From positions 1 to 9,119 of the IMG/VR virus record IMGVR_UViG_2698536443_000014: a stretch of 9,119 bases of DNA. One strand, 5' to 3'. Position 1 is the first letter of the stretch. Each line of letters starts with the position of its first letter. This DNA comes from a virus. Its lineage: Duplodnaviria > Heunggongvirae > Uroviricota > Caudoviricetes. Under the pieces are notes generated by a model that worked only from the letters and a program-made list of their open reading frames with translations, ran no database searches and had not been told where the DNA came from. A program made the translations under genes and the position numbers. Below, piece by piece: positions 1 through 6,484 of the stretch.

Positions 1-157
1 CCAGACCCGCCATAACCAGCTGGGTCAGTATTAACTGGCAGCGTTCGCGTGAAAGGTAAGTATTCTGCGCAATCTCCCCGACTGTCGCCGGTTCGGTGAC
101 GCTCAATTCATTAAACACCACTCTGGCGGTTTCGGTCATATCTTGCTGTTTTAGCAT
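1..157 (-). CDS. Partial CDS (5' end only; continues past window start), hypothetical protein with helix-turn-helix-like N-terminus
   Basis: Reverse-strand ATG at 157..155 opens a frame that stays open to position 1 (MLKQQDMTETARVVFNELSVTEPATVGEIAQNTYLSRERCQLILTQLVMAGL...). Not in the supplied ORF track because it has no stop in the window. The GEIAQ...SRERCQLIL segment has an HTH-like pattern. Identity unknown. Confidence 0.35.
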   Translation of the reverse strand, partial: MLKQQDMTETARVVFNELSVTEPATVGEIAQNTYLSRERCQLILTQLVMAGL

Positions 158-276
158 GTCTTTTTCCCTTCTGGTTAACATGACATACCAATAACTCTTG
201 TCTAAAAAGCCAGCAAGATAAAAAGTCAGTATTCACGACCACCAGCGTGTTTACTGTACTGCACCAAGTTTACAGG

Positions 277-304
277 TACAAAAAACCCGCTCAGTGGCGG
301 GTTT
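277..304 (-). terminator. Rho-independent terminator downstream of the 434..1051 gene
   Basis: Perfect 8-bp stem (283-290 AAACCCGC / 297-304 GCGGGTTT) with a 6-nt loop. On the minus-strand transcript the hairpin is followed by a U-run (UUUUUUGU, partly within the stem). It lies about 130 nt after the stop codon at 434. Confidence 0.55.
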
Positions 305-433
305 AAGTTGTGTGGCGAAGTAACCACTCTTAACACACTAATAGCATTTTTGTTATAACACAAGTAGCTCATTCAGTATTTTTAGAATCTTGACTTTCTT
401 AAGCACGGCGAACTCTGAATACCAAACATAAAA

Positions 434-1051
434 TCAATTATCTTCCAGGCCGGATGCTATCAACGAAAGCCTCTCAAAAAACGCTGTAGCAGCCTTGTCC
501 AAAGTTGAATAAGTACTGTATTCTCCGTGTTCGGGACCAACCACTACCCATGGTCGTCTTTTTGGGATTCGGGACTTCTCAGAAATCACTGTTCCAGATA
601 TACCAATATCAATTGTTACACCTGTTATTATTTTCTCTTCATCTCTTTCCCTGAACTCAATTGCCATAAATGCCGTTTTTTTTCGTTTCCCGTTTTTAAA
701 AAAATCAAATAAAGCAAAGCGATGCTCATTAAAATCAACACCCCATCGTCCTTCAGGATAAAGGGCATGAAAGTTGTCATTTACGCTCTGCATCGTCTCA
801 TAAGCTTTAACTTCTAAATCTCCATAGTGCATAGATACCGCGCAGGAGTCACTGGGTAACTGTATTTTCCCAAGATTGAAAACCTTTACTGCTCCAGAAC
901 TATGGCATCTTGCCCGCAATTTATCCCCATTTATACTAATCGGAGAAATATTCCTTAATGTTCCGGGCTGGCTCCCTCCTAAGTAAACGACTGTTAAAGA
1001 TTGCTTATTTTCAATTGCATCAACTAATACATGCTCTACATTTTTATCCAT
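434..1051 (-). CDS. Hypothetical protein, AT-rich accessory (moron-like) gene immediately downstream of Q; function unknown
   Basis: The ORF track gives 434..1078. I prefer the internal ATG at 1051 (MDKNVEHV...) because it is preceded by GGGAGA at about 5-nt spacing, whereas the ATG at 1078 has no Shine-Dalgarno sequence. Stop TGA at 436..434. The gene is visibly more AT-rich than flanking genes. I recognise no family signature in the protein. Confidence 0.6.
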   Translation of the reverse strand: MDKNVEHVLVDAIENKQSLTVVYLGGSQPGTLRNISPISINGDKLRARCHSSGAVKVFNLGKIQLPSDSCAVSMHYGDLEVKAYETMQSVNDNFHALYPEGRWGVDFNEHRFALFDFFKNGKRKKTAFMAIEFRERDEEKIITGVTIDIGISGTVISEKSRIPKRRPWVVVGPEHGEYSTYSTLDKAATAFFERLSLIASGLEDN

Positions 1052-1126
1052 AATAATCTCCCAATGAACAGGTATCATCAGGAGGTTATAATAAAATATG
1101 ATTATTTACTTTGATTGAATTTATTA

Positions 1127-1498
1127 CTATATGTAACAATCAATTTCTAAAGATACCCCCAACATTGCCAGACAACCGTCAATAAACCCTTCAGCTTTCT
1201 GCAGTCTGATAACAACCTGATTAAGTGATATCCCCAGTTTTACCCCCAACACCCGTAATGTAACCCCATACACATAATACATTTCCAGTAATTCGTATTG
1301 ATACGGTTCCTTTTTCTTAAGAACTGTCATCGCAGAGCTAATGATCAGGCCATCGTCATCGCTACATTGCGGGCGGGATTTTACTTTCGAAGGAATTAAT
1401 CCCTTAAAACCTGCAGCAACAGATGACCATTCCACATCCTCGTGATTATTTGCCACCCATGCCCCCCAACGTTCAAGAACCATTTGAATATCACGCAT
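1127..1498 (-). CDS. Late-gene antitermination protein Q (phage 82 / QuuD-QuuQ type)
   Basis: Protein MRDIQMVLERWGAWVANNHEDVEWSSVAAGFKGLIPSKVKSRPQCSDDD... matches from memory the N-terminus of Q82-type antiterminators of E. coli lambdoid prophages. Start taken at the ATG at 1498, preceded by GGAGAAAG; the track's TTG at 1513 is less likely. Stop TAG at 1129..1127. Confidence 0.85.
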   Translation of the reverse strand: MRDIQMVLERWGAWVANNHEDVEWSSVAAGFKGLIPSKVKSRPQCSDDDGLIISSAMTVLKKKEPYQYELLEMYYVYGVTLRVLGVKLGISLNQVVIRLQKAEGFIDGCLAMLGVSLEIDCYI

Positions 1499-1515
1499 CA
1501 ACTTTCTCCACAAAA

Positions 1516-2511
1516 TCAGGCCAGCACGCCTATTGCCAGCGCACGATCGATAAAACGAAATATCAGCTCCAGCTGGGAGCCATACTTCTCTTCAAATGCC
1601 ACGGTATCCGCATGCAGCTCGTCGTGATGCTTTCTGCACAAAGGCAGCACGAAGAGGTCATGCGCTTTTGTACCCATTCCCCCCTGACCGTGGCCTATCA
1701 GGTGGTGGGGATCATCAGCAGGCTTTCCACAACATGCACACGGCTGCGTCTTAACCCAGCGCGTGTACTTTTCGTTAACCCAGCGGCGACGTTTTGGGCG
1801 TAACATAAAAGACTCCGGCGACTCCGGATCCACTTTCAGCGCCAGCACCTTTTTCGCTTTATTCTGGATGATGCTGGTGGCCGGAACCGAAGGCACAAGG
1901 TCACTCTCCCGGGTGACAGACGGCACAACAGGCTTCGGTAATCTCAGTGCCTTACGGGCTGCACTTTCCGGTAAGGCATCCGCCAGATCATTACGAACCA
2001 GCCACCAGCACAGTTCCGGCATTGTCACAACGTGACTGTCATCAAAACCGAGATCCCGACGCACAACAGACAACACCCAGCGGGCACAGTTATCCGTTGC
2101 CATTGATTCCAGCCGTTCCGTGAACTGATCGCGCAGCTGGTTATCGCAGTGCCAGCACAGACGGATTGCGCCCGGCGCGTGTCGCATTGTGGTCATGTTC
2201 TCGCTGTGCCAGTCGGAATGAGGCCACTGGCAACCTTTTTCACGAAGTAACCAGCTTTCAAGACATTCCACGCCACCAGCACGACGGATCACTGCCTCAT
2301 TGCGGAACACGGCCCGAACGGCAGGATCATCCGCCAGCGGTTGTGATGCTGCCGGAACGGCACCACTGGCAAAAGATGAATAACGTTCCGGCTCAGGCTC
2401 CAGCAGGACACGCCCCTGCATAAACAGGGGCATCAGCTCTGAACCGGGTCTGAACAATACGATCCCCATACGCGGGGCAATTTCAGGGGTCAGTAGTGCT
2501 CTCACAGTCAC
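1516..2511 (-). CDS. DUF968-family (YdfU-like) phage protein with C-terminal Cys/His HNH-like motif
   Basis: 331-aa ORF. The C-terminal segment (CACCGKPADDPHHLIGHGQGGMGTKAHDLFVLPLCRKHHDELH) is a typical CxxC...HH...H motif of YdfU/DUF968 proteins that sit upstream of Q in lambdoid prophages. The start is uncertain: the track uses GTG at 2511, one base after the upstream gene's TGA, with weak ribosome-binding context. Confidence 0.65.
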   Translation of the reverse strand: MTVRALLTPEIAPRMGIVLFRPGSELMPLFMQGRVLLEPEPERYSSFASGAVPAASQPLADDPAVRAVFRNEAVIRRAGGVECLESWLLREKGCQWPHSDWHSENMTTMRHAPGAIRLCWHCDNQLRDQFTERLESMATDNCARWVLSVVRRDLGFDDSHVVTMPELCWWLVRNDLADALPESAARKALRLPKPVVPSVTRESDLVPSVPATSIIQNKAKKVLALKVDPESPESFMLRPKRRRWVNEKYTRWVKTQPCACCGKPADDPHHLIGHGQGGMGTKAHDLFVLPLCRKHHDELHADTVAFEEKYGSQLELIFRFIDRALAIGVLA

Positions 2512-2512
2512 C

Positions 2513-3322
2513 TCAATGAACGGTATCGAGCAGCTTTAACAGCTCAGGAAATCGGGATTCGAAGAAATGCGGCTGCGTCTCGCGCGGATTTGCAGGACTG
2601 GTGATGTTCTTGCCGAACATGCAGCCTTTCGCGGTCAGCGACCAGAATTTTTTGATGTTGTTAATCGCGGTACGGCTGTATCGTTCGCGTTGTTCAACGA
2701 TCCCCAGCTTCACCATCTGGTGATATGCCTGATTAGCCGTCAGGCGGATACCATACTGCTTCAGCAGTGCACTCAGTGACAGCGTGGGGCGGCTTGAGCC
2801 ATCAGGCGCGTCAGCAGGAGCATCAATGGCATAGCGCGGTGCCAGATTCGGTAAGCCAACAGCCTCCTGGAGTTTCTGACAGGCCCCAAGCACTGAAGAG
2901 TTAGACAGGTTTAACTCCCTGCGCATAAAGTCCAGCAGAATCACTCCAGCCTGCATCTTGTCAGCAGCCTGCCCGGATAATTTTTCCGGTGCGCTGGTTA
3001 CCATATCGAAAGTACGGATCACCTTCAGATGGAATGACGGGCTGATCCACATTGCATAGGCATACACCAGTTCTTTGCAGACATACGTCCCCTGGTTATT
3101 TCCGCCATTAATGACGCTAACTGGTTGATTTTGTTCCAGAGGCGGAATTCCACCCTCGGTGAAAAGTTGTTCAATCAATTCACAGGTTTGCTTATTGGAG
3201 AGCCAGTATTTCGGGCGTTTTTTTTGTTCTCCCCCGGCTGCCCTGTGCAGATCGTTCAGGCTGTAACGCCCATAAGCATCACGACGAACTTCAATACCAT
3301 CAATGACCATCAGATTATTCAT
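2513..3322 (-). CDS. KilA-N domain protein (antirepressor/Bro-like family)
   Basis: N-terminus (VIDGIEVRRDAYGRYSLNDLHRAAGG...RPKYWLSNKQTCELIEQL...GTYVCKELVYAYAMWISPSFHLKVI) matches the KilA-N DNA-binding domain signature. Strong Shine-Dalgarno (AAGAGGAGAAA) upstream of ATG 3322. Stop TGA at 2515..2513. Confidence 0.8.
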   Translation of the reverse strand: MNNLMVIDGIEVRRDAYGRYSLNDLHRAAGGEQKKRPKYWLSNKQTCELIEQLFTEGGIPPLEQNQPVSVINGGNNQGTYVCKELVYAYAMWISPSFHLKVIRTFDMVTSAPEKLSGQAADKMQAGVILLDFMRRELNLSNSSVLGACQKLQEAVGLPNLAPRYAIDAPADAPDGSSRPTLSLSALLKQYGIRLTANQAYHQMVKLGIVEQRERYSRTAINNIKKFWSLTAKGCMFGKNITSPANPRETQPHFFESRFPELLKLLDTVH

Positions 3323-3341
3323 ACTTCGTTTCTCCTCTTAA

Positions 3342-3731
3342 TCAGGCGGCTGCACCCGCCGTTTTCTCGTACTTACTGATAGTGATCTCGACCTTCCCTC
3401 CCGGGATAACCGATCCCCACTCAACCAGCATTCTTTTCACCTGACTGTCGTCTTCCCACACACCCGCGTGGGTCAGGGCGTCAAACAGCGCCTTGTTATA
3501 GTTGTCCAGATCGCGGATCCGGTTATCCGGAGGAAACAACACGATCTCCACTGAAGCAGGTGCCGACGTTGGTTTCGGCAGACGACGTAACTGCTCAATG
3601 ATGGCGGCACACGCCGCGCTCTGGAATTTTCGTCCCGCCGTGCTTATCAGGCTCTTACCAGCAAACGCCCCTTTGTTGGGGTGTCGCCAGTACGTGTTCA
3701 CGCTGGGCGGAAACGGCAGAATCAGCTTCAT
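3342..3731 (-). CDS. rusA: Holliday junction resolvase RusA (crossover junction endodeoxyribonuclease)
   Basis: 129-aa protein (MKLILPFPPSVNTYWRH...DNRIRDLDNYNKALFDALTHAGVWEDDSQV...) carries the RusA family signature, including the catalytic-region D-x-D-N motif. Start ATG 3731 overlaps the upstream stop (ATGA). Confidence 0.85.
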   Translation of the reverse strand: MKLILPFPPSVNTYWRHPNKGAFAGKSLISTAGRKFQSAACAAIIEQLRRLPKPTSAPASVEIVLFPPDNRIRDLDNYNKALFDALTHAGVWEDDSQVKRMLVEWGSVIPGGKVEITISKYEKTAGAAA

Positions 3732-4054
3732 ACTTTCAGGCCCCTCTCATGTAACCAGTGGGCTGCACGCAGCCTGGCGTTTTCCTCACCGGCAAGCAGT
3801 GAGCGGATAATCCCGACCGCCTCGCTGTCGTCGTCCTTCACCGCGGTATGAAGCGTGATGCCCCGGGCCACGCCACGCTTTATCGTGATGACGCCTTTTT
3901 TCTCCAGTGCGCGAAGATGCTCCACTGCTGCATTCACTGAACGGTATCCCAGCATGGTTGCCACCTCCTGATTGGTTGGCGGAAAGCCACGCTCTTTCTG
4001 GTAAGAAATCAGCATATCCAGCACCTGCTGCTGGCATTGAGTTAACGTCGTCAT
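3728..4054 (-). CDS. LexA N-terminal DNA-binding-domain-like protein lacking the S24 peptidase domain
   Basis: MTTLTQCQQQVLDMLISYQKERGFPPTNQEVATMLGYRSVNAAVEHLRALEKKGVITI resembles the LexA winged-helix DNA-binding domain (MKALTARQQEVF...[36 protein letters not shown]). The ORF is only 108 aa, so there is no autoprotease domain. ATGA overlaps at both ends. Confidence 0.65.
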   Translation of the reverse strand: MTTLTQCQQQVLDMLISYQKERGFPPTNQEVATMLGYRSVNAAVEHLRALEKKGVITIKRGVARGITLHTAVKDDDSEAVGIIRSLLAGEENARLRAAHWLHERGLKV

Positions 4055-4704
4055 GCCGCCATCTCCCTGACAAGTTTTTCTGCCTGCTGGCGAACCTGCG
4101 CCAGAAAGGCCTCACCACATGCCTCAAGTTCATCGCGCCCGATGTAGCTGATTGCCGGTCCCTTCCAGGTCTTGTCGAAAACAGCAATAGCACCAGCGAA
4201 GAACGCTCCTGTCGGCACCTGCTTCTCGTCTTTCGGGATAAACCAGACAGGCAGTTCAAAACCAATACGCCCGCGAATAAAAGCAATATGATCTGCATCT
4301 TCCGGCCACCACACTTCGCTGGTGGCAGCTTTGATCAGGAAAACATAGCGCCCGCCTTTATCACGCATGGCACTGGCATGCTTCATGATGTAACGCATGC
4401 CGGTGATGTATTGCCCCTCATGCTGACTGGCGCGGCTGTATGGGGGATTTCCAAAGGCAGCACCTTTAAGCTCCGCAAGACGTTCTGACCAGTCATGCGC
4501 CAGCGCGTTGTCTTCCGCCGTGTAATACGCGGCGCATTTGGCGTTATCACCGTCAGTAAACAGATCCAGAACAAACGGGCCAAACAGGGTGTTAATTCCC
4601 CAGAAAATGTTGTCCGGTGTGCGCCACTGATCGCCCACTTCCTTCAGTTCATGGGCTGGTTTGTTTCGCAGTTCCACCAGCGCCCGGCAATATTTATTAC
4701 TCAT
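4051..4704 (-). CDS. Phage N6-adenine DNA methyltransferase (Dam-like, NPPY motif)
   Basis: Contains the FGNPPY catalytic motif and upstream DLFTD-type motif typical of phage Dam-family methyltransferases. Start taken at ATG 4704..4702 (MSNKYCR...), which forms a TAATG overlap with the upstream stop; the track's 4737 start is a GTG extension. Confidence 0.8.
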   Translation of the reverse strand: MSNKYCRALVELRNKPAHELKEVGDQWRTPDNIFWGINTLFGPFVLDLFTDGDNAKCAAYYTAEDNALAHDWSERLAELKGAAFGNPPYSRASQHEGQYITGMRYIMKHASAMRDKGGRYVFLIKAATSEVWWPEDADHIAFIRGRIGFELPVWFIPKDEKQVPTGAFFAGAIAVFDKTWKGPAISYIGRDELEACGEAFLAQVRQQAEKLVREMAA

Positions 4705-5192
4705 TAAGCCCCCACGTAATTCCCTGACAGATACCACTCTTCACCTGATGCAGCGCGCTTGCTGCTTTTCCGTAAGCACCGCTCACGACGTGCCAGAAAA
4801 TTGTTTCGTTCTGGCTGGGAGTGGCTTTCACGGAATGCCGCCATCCACACGGTTGCAGCACGACGAAATAAGCCCCTGGACTCCAGTTCTTCCGCCTGGC
4901 GGGCCAGGCACAAAATCACCCGCGGGTCGTTAGTGCCGACATAGAAATTGCGCACAGGTCTGGTTTCACGAACTGGTTGCCGTTCCGCCTCCGGCGATAT
5001 CTTTGTCTGGCGCGGGAAATGTCTGCGTGCATCCCCTTCACAACGGTGAGCCACACGCCCACTCTGACGTAACTTGCTTGCTGACTGCAGAACGCGCTGC
5101 CGTGAGTAACCTGTAAAAGCATCCGCAATGTCTCCGGAAGTACACCCCGGATGGGCTTCAATGAATTTCTGAACGTCATTCAAAAGACTCAT
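4704..5192 (-). CDS. Hypothetical protein with C-terminal PerC/ANR-like motif
   Basis: 162 aa from ATG 5192 (Shine-Dalgarno AGGGGG; the track's GTG at 5198 is 2 codons upstream). The C-terminal segment LARQAEELESRGLFRRAATVWMAAFRE...RRERC resembles, from memory, the conserved core of PerC/ANR-family small regulators. The N-terminal half is unassigned. Confidence 0.5.
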   Translation of the reverse strand: MSLLNDVQKFIEAHPGCTSGDIADAFTGYSRQRVLQSASKLRQSGRVAHRCEGDARRHFPRQTKISPEAERQPVRETRPVRNFYVGTNDPRVILCLARQAEELESRGLFRRAATVWMAAFRESHSQPERNNFLARRERCLRKSSKRAASGEEWYLSGNYVGA

Positions 5193-5194
5193 GC

Positions 5195-6136
5195 TCACCC
5201 CCTGAATCCTGCCGGGATCTGGCTGTAGTCCACGTTGTCGTAACTGGCTTTGAAGTACGGGTCCTCGCGTTTTTCGGTGTACGTGCTGACGGACGGCGAT
5301 AAGCGCAGGGAAAGCTCATCCCATTTTTCCCGCAGCTTCGACGGGCTGAGCACGTTACGGCACCAGAACGGATCGCGACTGACGCGGCTGTACATCTCGC
5401 AGATTTGTTTATGAGTATGACCATCCTGCACACACATCAGGCGAATTTCGTTTGCCCAGGCTGTCCAGTTCGGTTCTTTGGGACGAACCACCTCGCCGTC
5501 ACATTCGGCAGCCTGCTCGTACAGGGCAATGATTTTTTTCCAGAGCCACTGTGCGCAGGTCAAATCATCCTGCGTCCCCCACTGGCGCTTTTTAGGGCTG
5601 AATACAACCGCATCAGGATGGCGAGTTAAAAAATCCTGTTCATCCGTCTGCGTGTCCGGTTGCGAAGCGTCCGGACGAGAAGGTTTTTTATCTGACGGAT
5701 CATGTTTTGATTTTACTGACGGATCCCCGCCAGATTCTGACGGGTGAAAACCCGCTTTTTTACCAGATTTCGACGCATCAAATTTTGACGGGTCAGATTT
5801 TGATGCGTCAGATTTTGACGGGTCAGAATCTGACAGTTGAGAAAATGCCGCTGCCTGAAGCTTCGCAACGTTAAGCTGATAAACATTCGACGCATTGCGG
5901 TTACCCTGGCGACGCGCCTTACGCGTTAACCAGCCTTCTGCTTCCAGCCGTGCGATAGCCGTTCTGACGGTACTCATCCCCGCGCCAATCTGGCGGGCAA
6001 TGGTTTCAATTGATGGCCAGCACACACCTTCGTCATTACTGAAATCAGCCAGGCGGGCCATAATTGCCACGCTGGATAACTTCATGCCTGACGCAGCGCA
6101 ACCATCCCATACATAGCCGGTTAATTTAGTGCTCAT
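5195..6136 (-). CDS. Phage replication initiation protein (N-terminal HTH domain, repeat-rich linker, DnaT-like C-terminal region)
   Basis: The N-terminus (LSSVAIMARLADFSNDEGVCWPSIETIARQIGAGMSTVRTAIARLEAEGWL) is a winged-HTH typical of prophage replication initiators. The central linker is encoded by tandem repeats. The C-terminal region resembles the DnaT-like domain of prophage replication proteins, called from memory. It occupies the O-gene position after cro/cII. Confidence 0.7.
   Translation of the reverse strand: MSTKLTGYVWDGCAASGMKLSSVAIMARLADFSNDEGVCWPSIETIARQIGAGMSTVRTAIARLEAEGWLTRKARRQGNRNASNVYQLNVAKLQAAAFSQLSDSDPSKSDASKSDPSKFDASKSGKKAGFHPSESGGDPSVKSKHDPSDKKPSRPDASQPDTQTDEQDFLTRHPDAVVFSPKKRQWGTQDDLTCAQWLWKKIIALYEQAAECDGEVVRPKEPNWTAWANEIRLMCVQDGHTHKQICEMYSRVSRDPFWCRNVLSPSKLREKWDELSLRLSPSVSTYTEKREDPYFKASYDNVDYSQIPAGFRG
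5690..5836. repeat. Iteron-like direct repeats (candidate replication origin) inside the initiator gene
   Basis: About five tandem copies of a 14-15-bp unit (TCAGATTTTGACGGG, TCAGATTTTGATGCG, TCAAATTTTGACGGG, CCAGATTTCGACGCA, TCAGAATCTGACAG) between about 5762 and 5836, plus degenerate copies with the TCTGACGG core at 5691, 5715 and 5735. In the protein frame they encode S-D-x-S-K repeats. Confidence 0.5.
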
Positions 6137-6145
6137 GACCGACCT

Positions 6146-6484
6146 CTATTTCCCTGAATTTACGACGAAACTGTTCGAGCGGACTGAAGCATTCATGCTC
6201 ATAACCTTCGCGGAGGTAGATAACCCGTTGTGTTTCCGGCTCCCAACGAATGACTCTGACGGGCACTCCGTAGTGATCTTTGAACCAGCGGTTAACTTGT
6301 CGCAAAGGACTGTCTCCTTCTGCCGGTTGAAATCACCCACAGCCCACTCTGCAAAGCTGTGGGTTACAATTTCCCTGTCACCTGGTACATTCACTGCATA
6401 GCAATATTCCACCTTCGCTTTTCCACCCGGAACAGGAAGCGCAATCAGTTGCGAGCGACGGTAGTGTGTTGTTAAACTGTTCAT
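6146..6484 (-). CDS. Hypothetical protein (C-terminal half doubtful; possible frameshift or overlapping gene)
   Basis: Start ATG 6484 overlaps the stop of the upstream CII-like gene (ATGA), which supports a real gene start. The N-terminal ~50 aa look protein-like, but the C-terminal half is Ser/Thr-rich and low-complexity, while an alternative frame over 6126..6305 looks far more protein-like (see findings). Confidence 0.4.
   Translation of the reverse strand: MNSLTTHYRRSQLIALPVPGGKAKVEYCYAVNVPGDREIVTHSFAEWAVGDFNRQKETVLCDKLTAGSKITTECPSESFVGSRKHNGLSTSAKVMSMNASVRSNSFVVNSGK

Noticed and set aside
527-712. Plus-strand 61-aa ORF inside the AT-rich gene
   Set aside because: Antisense to the longer, RBS-supported minus-strand ORF; low-complexity, Phe/Cys-rich translation typical of AT-rich antisense frames.
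1081-1115. Perfect AGGAGG followed by ATG on the plus strand (ATG 1098)
   Set aside because: The frame encodes only 5 codons before a stop. It is most likely a chance motif in the AT-rich Q-to-moron intergenic region; a regulatory leader peptide cannot be ruled out but has no support.
1423-2423. Plus-strand ORFs 1423..1803, 1442..1627, 1763..2035 and 2166..2423
   Set aside because: Shadow ORFs opposite the Q and DUF968 genes. They have no Shine-Dalgarno context and non-protein-like composition, and the minus-strand genes carry recognisable family signatures.
3786-4488. ORFs 3786..4298 (-) and 3907..4488 (+), 170 and 193 aa
   Set aside because: Alternate-frame and antisense reads within the methyltransferase and LexA-like genes. 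Their Arg/Ser-rich composition is typical of out-of-frame translation of GC-rich coding sequence.
4916-5629. ORFs 4916..5179 (-), 5176..5433 (-), 5405..5629 (+), 5478..5747 (+), 5895..6116 (+)
   Set aside because: Embedded in or antisense to the better-supported 4704..5192 and 5195..6136 genes; no independent start signals.
5713-5895. Minus-strand 60-aa ORF with repeating LTRQNL peptide
   Set aside because: It is the alternate-frame read of the iteron repeats inside the replication gene. The repetitive peptide is a by-product of the DNA repeat, not a separate gene.
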